DNA of 64,000 bases from Phyllosticta citribraziliensis (GCF_038025025.1 NW_027117346.1:1364001-1428000); one strand, 5' to 3'. Shown: positions 36,676 through 48,656, numbered from the stretch's first letter. Notes: generated by a model not told the origin, from the letters alone. Program-made: numbers and translations.

Positions 36676-38261
36676 ATGTCCGCTTTCATCAACGACCCTC
36701 CAAACACCGAAACGGACTACTGGGTAGCAAAGGCGCTTTTGCAATCCGCCGGATTGTATGATGTCGACCCGAAGAAGGGCGCGCATCTCGCGCCGAAGCG
36801 GCCTGATGGTTACGTCTTTGAGACCAAGGGCCCCAGAATCGTCGCGGGCTTGGCTGTCTGCATCGCCATTATGATCATCGTCACTGGGCTGCGGCTCTTC
36901 CTGCGCTATCACGTCCGCAGGCTGAAATGGGGCATTGACGACACGTTGATGGTCCCGGGACTTGTAAGACTGTTGAAAGCTTGGTTTGGCAAATGCTGAC
37001 AATCTTAGGTTATGGCCGTGGCCTATCCCGCGCTCCAAATCGCTATGGTTCAGTACGGCGGCGCCGGGAAGCACATGTTTGACGTTACTTATGAGTGAGT
37101 ATTTCAAGATTGAATCCGCACCGTGTGTCAAAGATGGCCTTCTGGCATTCTTTGGCCTTTGGATGAAGATATAGCGGTTGTCTACCGACCATTTCTTTTG
37201 GAATTCACGGTTTCTGCGCAACTCTTGCTGACCGATGCAGGAACTACTACTACTACCACTGGGTAGGCCAGTCGCTGCATATTACCGCAAACGCTGCTAA
37301 CTCCCACAGCTCGCACTGGTCGCGCAAATCGACTTTTTCGTCTGCATCGGCGTCGTCAAAATGTCAATCGTTGTCTTTAACATGCGCTTGACGTCGTTCG
37401 TCTCGCGTGCCTGGACCACCGGCAACTGGAGTTTCTTCGCCATAGTCTGCTGTTACGTCGTCGTCGCCTTTTTCCTCAACGTCTTCCAATGCACGCCGCC
37501 GTCTGCAAACTTTGACTACGTCGTCGCGGGCAAGATGGCCAGCGCGCCCAAGTGCTTGGGCGTGGCGAGGATGGGAACGATTCTCCGCGCCATCAACATC
37601 ACGCTCGACTACCTCCTCCTGGCCGTCCCGATCATCGTCCTTTGGAAACTCAAAATGTCCTGGCAGCAAAAGCTACGGCTCTGCGCCCTCTTCTCCGTCG
37701 GCGCCATTGCTTGTATCGGATCGGCCATGACGCTAGTCGCCAAATCTCGCCTAAAGAGCGACGCGCTCTGTCCGTGCCCCCCTCGTCCCTTGATGGTGAA
37801 TGAAATGATGCGCAGGGTTGCTGACAAGCGTGTCAACAGGGAACTACACGGATCTGCTGGCCTGGTCGCTGGTGGAGCTCGTGTGCAGCGTGCTCGCGGC
37901 CTCACTCCCCACTCTTGGCAGCGTCTTTGCGCGCGGCGGCGGCCATGATTCGGGCGCCTCGGGCAGCTACGAGAGCCACTACACGTTTGGGTCGAGCGAC
38001 TATCGCGCCAGCCAGTACCGCTCGGCCGATGGTGTTGGTGGTGTTGGTGGTGGCATTGGCAAGACGACCAAGTCGCGCCACGACACGCACCACTCGGGAT
38101 CGTCGGATGTCGAGAGCGACACGCTGGGCATCATGCGCCGTGACGAGATTGAGCTGACGAGCGAAGTCGATCCCACCGAGCAGCGCAACTCGTTTCGCTT
38201 CTCGGATTCGAGGACCTGGAGTAATAGCAAGAGTAGATTGAATGAATACCCCGAGACTTGA
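36676..38261 (+). CDS. PTH11-like (fungal rhodopsin-domain) integral membrane protein without CFEM, multi-exon
   Basis: GLRLFLR..WGIDD, GAGKHMFDV, VKMSIVVFNMRL, FQCTP, NITLDYLLLAVPI..LWKLKM..KLRL..LFSVG, WSLVEL..LAASLPTL. Confidence 0.88.
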
Positions 38262-39968
38262 GACAACGACGACGACGCTGGTCCACGCTGCTGTCCGCGC
38301 ATTCTTGCATGAGCTGATGTCTGTTTCAGGGGGCAGGGCGGAGTTGGTGTCGAGGTTGCAGTGTTGGTGGTCGCAAAGGCAAGTTCCGCCATCTTCATGC
38401 GCCGACCGACGACTCGAGCGGAGCGTCAAAGCGGAAACCAGCGCCGCAGTGCAGAGTCAAGATGCGTGAAAACCGTCCCTTGTGATGAGGCGGATCCAGG
38501 GCGGCCGACAAGGCGCACTGATCGAAAGCGATTCCATTTTCCCGCCATCCGCCGGCGGGTATATCCCGCCTCTTTGACCTCGCGTCAATCCAAGCGCTGC
38601 CTGCCTGGCTCGGGAAAACCGAAGTCCCCACCCATGCACTTTACCTACCTCCGCTGCTAAAAGAAGGCAGGCTATATTGCAAAGAACACGCAGGCAGGGT
38701 CTCTGATGACTCGTCGGCGACCCTGTCGTTGTTTCACAGTCAGTCTTCTTCATCTTGTTAGACCACGACTACAGCACGAACGGCTACCAAAGATGAGGCA
38801 AGGACCGAGGGGAGATGACTGATGGCAGCTTTGCAAGTGGCGTGACGAGTTTTACCCACGACCAACAAGAAGTCCGGCGCGCGATCTCGATTTTTCCACC
38901 AGAGGAGAGTCTGGCCATCTTCTGGAGCCATCTCTTGACATGGTCTCGTTCGCTCGATGAGGCCGTGCTCCGACTTCTGTCTGAGTCGTCTTCGAGAAGG
39001 GTCTGGCCCATGGAGTAACGACGCGAACCGGAGGTGTCGTGTGCACTGCATTGCAGAGCCTGCAGGTCATTTCCCTATTTTTCTTCTTTTTCTACTACCC
39101 TGTCTGCGACGGAAGAACACTCCGGTGAGGTTCTTTGTGCAGTGGTGGATCGAAGGGTCACTCTAAGGCTCCTTTGATGTTTGTCAGTCCCATGTACCCC
39201 GAAGCGAGCGCTACACCGCGGCATGGATGTCTTGCGACAATCGAAAAATGCGGAGCGCGGAACATCGATAGGCTGTGAATCGATACCGTGACCTTGCGGT
39301 GCAGCGGAGGCAAGAAAAGAAATCAGGGTGAGTGGAAGGGGGTATTTGGAGAATCAAAATGGTGGGGAGAAACGACTCGCACTTGGAAGAGGGGAGCAAG
39401 CGAGAGGAAGACGCGTCGTGGCCACGAGTGTTCGAGACGGGTCACGCAATGGCGAAAGTCATGGCTCACAAAGAAGAATCTGTCAATTTGGAGCTTGGGG
39501 ATGCTCCTCGTGACAATCCCTCGAAGAATTTGAGGAACTTGACTACTCCCGAGCACTCTGGTATTCTGGAGCTTGAACACCCCGCCTGTAGTCCATCTGC
39601 TCATCTACTTTTCGACAAATGCGCCACGAATCTTGTTACTGAGTCTTGGCCCACTGAGATCTGTAACGTGAGCAACGAATGCAGCAGAGAATGGCGAATG
39701 GCACGAACGACAAAGTAAAGCAAGGGAGAAAATTGAGGGGAGATTGAGAAATCTTTTTGTTACCACGACTATTGTTTGCTGAGGACTTCAAAGCAAGCCC
39801 TCACTCAACAGCCCCGGAAAAGGAAAAGCAAATGAGGAGAGTCAATCCATCACCATTGGACTAGTGTCCGCTGCCAATGAACCAAGCAATCAGATGATCG
39901 TTCAAGCCGACTTTATGCCATCATGCCCACCATTGCAAGCTGGTGGGCCATTGACTATTGCCGTCCAA

Positions 39969-41399
39969 CTATTCCGCTTCCATGTCGTCATCGTCGGACT
40001 CAGCCGGCTGGCCAGCCTCCAGAATCTTCTGCCGAAGAGCCAGAGAACTGTCCTTGTGGTGACTGACCGGCTCGAAGAAACCGTCAGTCGTTCCGAAAGT
40101 GGTGGTGGTCCAGTCCTGCAAAGCGACGGGCTCCTCGTCGATGGGGAGGTAGTCGGCTCCGGTGGCGAAGATGTCAGTCAGTCCTGCAGTGTTGTTGCCC
40201 ATGCCCTGGAACGCGACAGGCTGTTCACCGACGGAGAAATCGTTGGCTCCAATGCCGGGGAGCTGCATGTCGAGAGGATAGGCGTTGGCTCCAATGCCGG
40301 GGAGCTGCATGTCGAGAGAATAGGCGTTGGCTCCAATGCCAGGGAGCTGCATGTCGAGAGGATAGACGCTGTCCAAGAGGAACTGCTCTGCGAGAGAAGT
40401 CTTGGCACCAGGAAGGAGATTGGCTTCAGTAGCGGGGTGGCCGAGGTCGAGAATCACGGGGTCGGACACGTAGGGACGACTGAGCAATTCGTCCAGGCGA
40501 TTGCGCTTGTTCTCGTTGACCTCGCCTCCAGCAGAGCCATCATTCATCTCCTCTGCCATGCCCTGCATTCCCTGATGCTCGGCAGGCTTCATCTCGTTCG
40601 CGTCCTCCAAGGCTTTGGCAGCGAGCTTCTCGTTGCGCTTGAGCATCTGGCGCTGCCTCTTGGCATTCTTCCTCAACTTCTTCGCATTGGCCGTGCTCTG
40701 CATGTTGACCTCTCCGTCACCATCCGAATCATCGTCGGTCAACTTGGGATCCTTCGTCTGCTGGCGCTTGTCGCGCATGGACGCCTTGGAATCCTTGCCT
40801 TCGCGACGCAGCGACTTGAAGTAGTCCGCCATGATGTCGTCCTTGGAAGGAGCGTTGGCGAAAGGGGGAGGAATCGGCATCGAGTCGTCAACGGGAGGAA
40901 TGTCAGTTCCGAAGAGGGAGCTGCGACGGGGCAGAGTGAAGAAGTCGTCATCACGGTGAGGCTCGACCGGCAAGTCAGAGTTGGGCTGCCATTTGACCAG
41001 AGTGTAGTGGACGAGGCTGAGGTGTTCGTGAATGAAGCGGTTCCAGAGGCGGCGCGTAGGTGGAACGGGGTCGGAGAGCATGGTTTCACCGGTGCCGATG
41101 TGGACGGAGAGGATCTTGGGGTGAGGGTACATGTCTTTGTAGTCGGTATCAAAGTAGAGCTTGACGCGCTTCAGGTCGCTCGGAAGTTCCGTCTTGTACG
41201 GAGGGAAATCGTGAAGGAGGTAGTTGCGGACAGGGGAGCTAGAGGGCGTCTTGGGCGCAATCGTCGAGGGCCAGTAGCGAAGGTCGAAACTCTCCTTGGG
41301 CAGAGAATCGAATCGGTTGCCGGTGCTAGTCATCGTCGCGTTTTGCTCCATCGTGTTGTATTGAGACTGTCGAGTTTGCCTTGTCTGGCGGTTGGCCAT
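39969..41399 (-). CDS. Orphan hypothetical protein with basic/acidic tracts and a 14-aa repeat (ORF open to 41594; likely start MANRQ)
   Basis: Long ORF with strongly C/G-ending codons; KKLRKNAKRQRQMLKRNEK; LDMQLPGIGANxY repeated three times. Confidence 0.7.
   Translation of the reverse strand: MANRQTRQTRQSQYNTMEQNATMTSTGNRFDSLPKESFDLRYWPSTIAPKTPSSSPVRNYLLHDFPPYKTELPSDLKRVKLYFDTDYKDMYPHPKILSVHIGTGETMLSDPVPPTRRLWNRFIHEHLSLVHYTLVKWQPNSDLPVEPHRDDDFFTLPRRSSLFGTDIPPVDDSMPIPPPFANAPSKDDIMADYFKSLRREGKDSKASMRDKRQQTKDPKLTDDDSDGDGEVNMQSTANAKKLRKNAKRQRQMLKRNEKLAAKALEDANEMKPAEHQGMQGMAEEMNDGSAGGEVNENKRNRLDELLSRPYVSDPVILDLGHPATEANLLPGAKTSLAEQFLLDSVYPLDMQLPGIGANAYSLDMQLPGIGANAYPLDMQLPGIGANDFSVGEQPVAFQGMGNNTAGLTDIFATGADYLPIDEEPVALQDWTTTTFGTTDGFFEPVSHHKDSSLALRQKILEAGQPAESDDDDMEAE
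40241..40365. repeat. Three 42-nt tandem repeats
   Basis: cgttggctccaatgcc.gggagctgcatgtcgagag at 40241, 40283 and 40325. Confidence 0.95.
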
Positions 41400-41797
41400 G
41401 GCTCCGAGCACACTCTGCTTGTTGTAGTTGTTGTTGGTGTTGTCGGGACGGACCAAAGAGAAATTGAAGGTGGGACAAGATGCTGAGGTACGCCGGAATG
41501 GTCTGGCTCGGCAGGCTAGGGAGAGCACATGGCGGCGTGGTTCGACGACACAATGAGAACAGATGATTTGAAAAACAAAAAGAAGCCTTAGCATAGAGGC
41601 ATAAAAGCTACTTACATCAAAGACCCATGAACGAAGATGTACCTGGTAGCTGGATCAAGGCAGAAGGCTTACTATTCGTGCTTGTGAATGAATGGCTGGT
41701 CCAGTCGTACCTCCATGACCAAATCTCTACTACCCTCGCCATTGGGCAGCATGCTCAAAGAAAGAAGTCTTGCCGAAACAGGAAACGATTTCGTCAA

Positions 41798-41925
41798 CCG
41801 CCATTCTGTAGTACATCTTGCTGGGGCTGGAGACTGCCTGGTCAATGGCTATCCGCCATTCTGCAATCCATCTTGCTGGGGCTGGTGACTGTCTGGTCAA
41901 TGGCCATTCCACAATCCAGCTGGGC
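41798..41925. repeat. Tandem duplication with 55-nt period (48-nt unit plus 7 extra nt)
   Basis: catcttgctggggctgg.gactg.ctggtcaatggc at 41814 and 41869. Confidence 0.85.
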
Positions 41926-42705
41926 CATGCAATCGTTTTGGCTGTCCATGGCCACATCTTCACCGTCAGCACCATCGTCTCCGAGGTCACCCATCATTAC
42001 GTCGGGCTTGGGGTCGTGCTTCTGCTTGGTCCTTGATCTCCTCAGCCTGGTCTTTTCGACGCGGCCATTGTTGACTTTGCCACCACGGACCTCCTGTTTC
42101 TTCTCGTCGTCACTTTGTCGATCTCTCTTGCGCAACCTCTTGGTCCACTTCGTGTAGGCTGGTGAAGTCTTGAAACGAGACGCAATCTCGGAGTCGCTGA
42201 TGCTAAGGGCTGCGGCATGAGTGGCGAGGGAATCCACGGCCTTGTTGTCGTTGGCATGAGTCTCGGCTTGGCCCAAGTACATGTGTCGGGAACTCTCTGA
42301 GAGTGGCGGCTTGATTACGCCGAAGGTTTGGCACACTTGATCGATCCAGTCAAGGGTGAATTTTCCCAAGTTTATTCGTGATATTGGAATGTGAGTCGAG
42401 ACAATCATCTGGCCAGTCTTGACATAGACGGCAGTCAACCTCGATTGGCGGCCCTTGGCCTTTTTGCTCGCAGGGATGTGCTGTCCATCCAAGAAGTAGC
42501 GTACTAGCCCGGCGAGGTCTCCAGGTGTGGAGCGTGCGACAACTGGGACGATAGGCTGCTCTCCATTGAAGTTCACGACGGGGGCTTCTGTGGCGCTGAC
42601 GATGGGGAATGACGAGAAACTTCCGGTGACCTTGCTTGAAGAAGGAGATGGAACGATGAAGGCAGAGGCGGCGCCTCTATCGATAGCCATGTTGTCGTCC
42701 TCCAT
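41842..42705 (-). CDS. Orphan hypothetical protein, Lys/Arg-rich C-half, 3' end probably frameshifted
   Basis: 287-aa ORF; degenerate 16-aa repeat at the C-terminus continues in another frame to 41730. Confidence 0.62.
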   Translation of the reverse strand: MEDDNMAIDRGAASAFIVPSPSSSKVTGSFSSFPIVSATEAPVVNFNGEQPIVPVVARSTPGDLAGLVRYFLDGQHIPASKKAKGRQSRLTAVYVKTGQMIVSTHIPISRINLGKFTLDWIDQVCQTFGVIKPPLSESSRHMYLGQAETHANDNKAVDSLATHAAALSISDSEIASRFKTSPAYTKWTKRLRKRDRQSDDEKKQEVRGGKVNNGRVEKTRLRRSRTKQKHDPKPDVMMGDLGDDGADGEDVAMDSQNDCMAQLDCGMAIDQTVTSPSKMDCRMADSH

Positions 42706-43918
42706 GACCGAGAATGGCTACTTGGCTGGCGCGTGTAAAGGCGTAAGTTGGTGGATTTGGTGGTGAACGGAGGGTAGAGGCGCCCGAGCCCTAAATTGTG
42801 AAAATTGTTGATGTCCAGAAAGCAGTCGAGCCGAGTTATTCCGGAGGCGCGCGTGAATGCTTTTGGGTTTGGCACCAACACATCAACACATGGCCGTCAC
42901 CTGTCTCTGCGTGTGATCAGTTTCTTGTTCACATCCCAATGACAGCTGGATAATCTGAAAATAGAGGGGGCTTCGGTGTATTTGTATCTGTCAAGATTGC
43001 GGTTTTGCCCACTGGCATTCAACCATTTTTTTCTTATTAGCGTCGAACACCGATCCTTGGTCACAACCAGAGGCGGCCGCTAGCTTAGGCAACAAACAGG
43101 GGATTCTGGATAGCCTCGTTCCGGTCAAGATTGTTCCAAGCTCTTCGATATTCTGGAAAATTTCACGCGCTCCATCCCTGGACTCAAGGAGAGACGTGAG
43201 AACATGAAAAGCCGACGACGCGCAGATGAATGAATGGAAGAAATGAAAAGGTATTGCCAATCAAGAGTCCAGCAGTGGTTGGTATGCCCAAACAGGTTCG
43301 ACTGTGTCAAAAGTGGTGGAAAGATCGGGCTTTGGCTCGCAACGGATGGTTCTCGTTCTCCTTTGTGTTCCATGGACGGCGTTGTTGAGTTGAGCACATA
43401 GCTCCAAGAGAACCATGGAATTTTTGTTCCGCTCTGGAGTCGGCCTCCCTGCTCCTCATTCTGCGCACCTTCAGACCTTCAGGCGTATTTGAAGCCAACT
43501 AGAGAGCCGTTCTGTGGGGGTCTTCCGATGAGGCGATTCAACCAGCATCTGTGCCATCATTTCTGCGCCATTCTGACAACAATGATGTCCATCTCAGCAA
43601 ACGAGGTGGATTCTGGTAGAATGACCTGGACGGCGATATGAGTCGGCTCTTCTCACAGAGTCCGGTCGGCGGTTGAGGTGAGAGGATGAGGTTCAGATGG
43701 CGGAGGGTCGGCAAGAGAAAGGCCGGACCCGGGCCAAGACGGACGTCCAGGTTGGGCGGTGACGGCCGCGCGGATCTCCAGCCTGTCCTCTACTCTGCAC
43801 GGGCGCACTCTCACAACGATCCCTCAACAATAAAACCGTCCGCGCCGCCTCACGCGTCTCTCCGTTCTCTTCATCCTCGCGCCCGTCCATCTGCCCAGGT
43901 CACAGCCTCTTCGTCAAA

Positions 43919-44652
43919 ATGGTCAACCCTCAGATGTAAGTCTGCCGTTTGGCGCCGTCGGGATTTCGAGATAGCGTGCTAACCCGTCTTGCGACAGAAC
44001 CAACCTCGCCATCATCTTGTACGTGTTTGGTCCGGCTCTGCGCTAGAACATCTCTGACTTCTTTCAGGGTGATGATGCAGGTTTCCAAAAAGATTCCCTT
44101 TGAGGACCCCAATGTCCTTAACGGCATCCGCGCCCTCTACATCGTGTCGAACCTGATAATCGCCGGCGTTTACCTTTACGTCAAGATGCAAATCGACAAG
44201 AAGAAGGGTGCGTCCCCCACCTTTGCGCACGGTTGGCTCGGTACTGACCAAAACCAGACATGAACGTCCTCAAGTACGTCGAGCCCGCGCCCCCGGGCAG
44301 CGGCGAGGAGCCCAAGGCCGTGACGACGACTGTCCACGCATACGACTTGCAACAATTGAAGCAGCTGTGGAAGGCGCAGCTGATGGGCGTTGGCATGATG
44401 GGCGTCATGCACGTGTACTTCAAGTACACCAACCCTCTGCTCATCCAGTCCATCATCCCCGTCAAGGGCGCGTTTGAGGGTAACCTCGTCAAGATTCACC
44501 TCCTCGGCCAGCCCGCTGTCGGCGACCTCAAGCGCCCCTGGAAGGCCGGCGGCGGCCTCATGGGTGCCATGTCTGGCGGTGACATCAAGACGGACAAGAA
44601 GAGCATTGAGCAGGCCGAGAGGGCTGGCCGTGGCGGCGTCAAGGACGAGTAA
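43919..44652 (+). CDS. PHO88: Pho88/Snd3 (SRP-independent targeting / phosphate transport) protein, 4 exons
   Basis: MVNPQI|TNLAIIL|VMMQVSKKIPFEDPNVLNGIRALY..|DMNVLKYVEP..YD..MHVYFKYTNPLLIQSIIP..DLKRPWK; introns 43936..43997, 44019..44067 and 44208..44257. Confidence 0.95.
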
Positions 44653-46244
44653 GCTTGCTTGCTAGAGAGCGGAGTGAACATTGGGCATTTCGATGGGTGG
44701 TGGTGTTTCGTAGAAATTTTGGAGGCTACCTGGACATTTGATGAGTGGAGGATATGAAAAAATAGAGGAAAGTCATTTCGCTCTGCGCGATGTCGCGCCT
44801 GTCTCGTCGCAAGAATACATACCATGGTCATGGCAAGTGTTTGCGCCATTTGCTGATCCTTGCCCAGGGTCCAGTGCAGTGACAGGGATGTTGCGCTTCA
44901 CCTTGAATCCCGTTGCTCGCGCTGTGCTGGTTCGATCTTACTGACGTCTTTTGACAACAACATCTAGTCGCCAGGACCGTCCAATCGCTCCTCGCCAAGA
45001 TGACCACACTGCCGTAACACACGTTGGCAGCCCGCCGTTCGTGGCCCCAGGCGACTCACACCGGCAGGATGTGCCCTCTAAGACTGGCCAGAGCTTGATA
45101 TTGTCTCGTCAGCCACGATCAGCATGTCCGCCTCGATATCGCCACCTTACGATTTCTCCATGCGCGGGAAGGGGTCGCGCGCCATGTCGTTGCGACAAGA
45201 CGTTGGTGCACTGTACGGCATTCCAACCTTGCTCTGCTGCTCATCGATTGCTTCTGGCCTCGATCCATGATGTCTATGATCCAATGTGCGCAATGTGGTT
45301 TCATTCGCATCCAGCGCGTTAAACGGTGTAGAAAGAGCCGGAACCGTTCCCGGCCCCACGAGCGAGTAATTGGAGGCGTCCGCGGTCCTCCCAGGTTGTG
45401 GAGAAAATCTGCTGAACAAGCTGGCTTGGCCTGCGGTAAAGAGGATTTGTATTTGCGCCGTTGGAGAGACATGGAGAAGCTGCAGTTGGTCTGCCTTTCG
45501 CTGTCGGCCTCGAGAAGGGGCTGTGAGCCAAGGCGGCCAACTGGCACTGGATCTCTCGAAATGAACGCATGGACCGTTCGCCGTGCTTTCGAAATCCACC
45601 AGCAGGAATTTGGAAGCTCTGGGTTAGCTTTTGGGCCCAGAACAGATGATGGGAGTATTCTTCTTGCCTGGTCATATCTGGCTCGCAACAGTTGGCCCAC
45701 TCTCTCCAAGACAGCAAGGGCTAGGAACCACCGGTCAGTATTTTGAATGGGTGCGGATGGAGCTTTGGATGCGAAGGAAAAGCTTCACAGTGGTTTCGTT
45801 GACATGGTTTTCCGACCCATTGATCGGTTCCGGCGGACAACAGACAGGCACGGCACCCACCCACCCGTGACTGGAGAGAGAGACCGCCGCGACAGGAGAG
45901 GACTGTCTACACCCACCATATGGCAACACATCAGCAGCACCAACAGCAAAAGAATTCAACTCCGATGAACACTTTGAGGAGCTAGATGAGCAGGTGTCCG
46001 TAACTAACGGACACTGCCGCGACTAGAAGCGACTGCATTGACACATCTTATTCAAGCACATGCGAGTACCTGGCCATGGCAAAAGTCTTTTCGACATCTC
46101 CAAATCCAGTAGCAAGGACATGCACTCATCTTTGCCGTGTTTGGCCTGATTGAACCATCCAGAACATTTGTGTTTTCTCTAACTTCGTAGTTCCTCAACG
46201 ACAGCCCTATTTCCCGTGTCCTCCTCACCCTGCCATACAGTACC

Positions 46245-46712
46245 TCATTGAACGCAACATTTGGACGCATCCTCCTCTTTGATATCACTTGCTTCGACCG
46301 TCTCTACGACCATTTCCTCCACTCCACCAACGACACTGTCCTGGTGCTCCCCGTCCTCTGCAAACTCAAACACCGCGTATCCCCCCTTCGCCAAAACTCT
46401 GACCGCCAATCCCACCCCGTCGTCCCTGCACTGCCTCTCCGCCACCTCATCCGCAGACAACTTGCGTTGCGCTGGCGCAAGGAGCTGCTCTGGGTCTTCG
46501 CTCGGGAAGAGACTGAGGAGAAGCCGGCCGATCATGTCGTCGTCAGCCAGAGCCAACTCGGTGACAGCAGAAACGTTGATGCTTGACGATGGGGGTGCTC
46601 CGGGGGTGTCAGAATCGGACGTGGGAATTTTGAGGCCGTCGATGCTGTCAGATCTGTAATGCGGCGACGGCGACGGCGCGGCGGAGCGCACGCTGCGCTG
46701 TGAGGTGGACAT
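46245..46712 (-). CDS. Small hypothetical protein ending CCVQ
   Basis: GCCATG context at 46712; 155 codons of protein-like sequence; no recognised domain. Confidence 0.45.
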   Translation of the reverse strand: MSTSQRSVRSAAPSPSPHYRSDSIDGLKIPTSDSDTPGAPPSSSINVSAVTELALADDDMIGRLLLSLFPSEDPEQLLAPAQRKLSADEVAERQCRDDGVGLAVRVLAKGGYAVFEFAEDGEHQDSVVGGVEEMVVETVEASDIKEEDASKCCVQ

Positions 46713-47646
46713 GGCGCTGGTACGTGGGGTTTGTTTTGCGCGTTGGAGTATTCGGCGTCGCAAGAGGCGTAGCACGCGTTGGCTTGGGTTGGATGTTGAT
46801 GGACAAGATAGCGAATCTCAAGCGGGACAGGGTATACGTTTTCGTTGGAACCAGAGGCGTGGAGCAGAGTATCGGAAAGCTTCGCGCGTTGTAAATTCGC
46901 TTGGAGGCTTTGCCGATTTTTGAGGCAGTCTTGTGGTATCGCCGGATGATTTTCGCCGGATGATTCGTCGCGGTAAAGACAGATGGGAGACCTTGAAGTC
47001 GTGGCGCGACGGCGGGCAGATTCTATCTTTCTTGGTGAGCAGTGCGAAAACAGGTCAAGAGGAAGCGCATCATTTACCTCGCGCTGTACTTGAGAAGTGT
47101 TGGTTGGTCGAGAGGTCTGTTGGTCAAGGTTCAAAGCGCCATGGAGGTGGACATGCGCGGACGACCAAAACACGTCTCTATCATCGATGGTGGAAACGAG
47201 GAAAACCTAATGTTGCGATGTGTGGGCGAGCAAATTGTAGAAAGACGGTGGTGCTGGCAAACACTGGAAGTCTGCTCTGACAACTTCCGGCAGATTCGCT
47301 TCGACTACACCGATGTGGCCATGCATTTAGAGCACCATCTAGAAGCAAAACTTTTGGCGCACAGTATTCCCTCGCCCATTTTACAATCAAATCACGCAGC
47401 ATGAGTCAAGTTAAGTAAGACCGTGAGGTCGATTGATTCCCAAGTCTAATTCCCAAGAGACCATCAACTTCAGGCTCCCATTTTTGAGCCATATGCATCC
47501 CCTTCAGAAGAATTGTTTTGACCCCCGCAGGCTACCGTATGTCCTGCAAAAGCGCACGTTTTGTCTCCAGAAGCAATCAGTCGAGCTCCATATCCGACAG
47601 AGCAGACCACCAAGAGACTTTTGATCCAACGGCAGACAACCACGCA

Positions 47647-48448
47647 CTAGTCGTAGTAATCTTCGATGAGGGCAATGTAGTCGATGTTGTCGAGGTCCTC
47701 TTCGTCGTCGTCTTCGGCCTTGATGTCGTCGTCTTCGGTCTTGTCCAGAGGAGAGTGGGCCTTGGTGCGGACCGGGGTGACGGGCTCCTCGTAGAACGGG
47801 TCGCGGGGGCCTCCAGTAGCGGCGCTCATGACCTCGAAGGCAGTGCCGGCGTAGAGCGGGCCCTGCGAGCGTTCACCAGCGGTCGCACCGTTGGACAGCA
47901 GACGCTTCGCAGGAGACTCGTCCTGCATGGGAGTGTCTTCGGCGACGGGGCGGAAGCCGATGTCGTCGAGGACGCGCTTCCTCTTCTTCTCGGTGTTGGC
48001 AGGGGTGGAAGAAGCAGAGGCGTTGCCCTTGCCCTTGGCTTTCTTGTCCGGGGTGACGGGGATGCCAGCGTTCTTCTTGGCGGATTTGGTGAGCTTTCCG
48101 GCCTCGGCAACCATGTTGTTGATGTTGTTGGCGTGATTTCCGTCATTGCCTGAAGGAATCTTGCCGGCCGCGACGTCGGTCTTGAGCTTGTCCATGTGAC
48201 GGCTGACGGCTTTGCCAGTGAGGCTGTCTGCAAGCCAAAAGGTCAGTGCAAAGCCAGGAAGACGAAGCTTGGGATACTCGCCGGCTACGCCCATCGCGAC
48301 GAGGTCGCTAGCAATCGCTCCCCAAGGAATGGGCTTCTCATAGTGATTGAATAGAGCTATCAGAAGCTGCGACTTGTCAGTGACCCCATAGCGCGCGCAG
48401 GATGTTCAGACAAACCTTCTGGTCGACCTGGGCAGTCCAGGCGACCAT
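47647..48448 (-). CDS. Fungal Myb/SANT-like N-terminal domain protein with basic NLS-like tract and acidic tail, 3 exons
   Basis: CCACCATG; MVAWTAQVDQK|LLIALFNHYEKPIPWGAIASDL..|SLTGKAVSRHMDKLK; first intron about 48367..48415, second 48228..48281 with GC donor; KKRKR. Confidence 0.7.
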
Positions 48449-48656
48449 GGTGGGCAGCTTCAACGTTCCTGGAAGATGGGCGAGTCAGTTTGACATCGCC
48501 AGAAGGCAGAGCTTGAGGAATATTCGTTTGCTTGTCCCATCCGCAGTGCGAGTTGAACAAGGAGGCGGGGAAGGGTACTGACAGGCTTGGTTCAAGGGTT
48601 GAGAAGCGAGGAGCGGTGAAGATGAAGAAGGGCGGAGTTGTGGCCAGCTCTGGAAC

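Noticed and set aside
38815..39718. Short + strand ORFs
   Set aside because: No recognisable motifs or convincing exon chain
39864..41486. 540-aa ORF on the + strand
   Set aside because: Antisense shadow of the codon-biased minus-strand ORF; V/G/L/R-rich composition is typical of such shadows
41483..41615. Possible 5' UTR intron linking the two orphan genes in one transcript
   Set aside because: Good GTAAGT donor but no clear branch site; not supportable without RNA data
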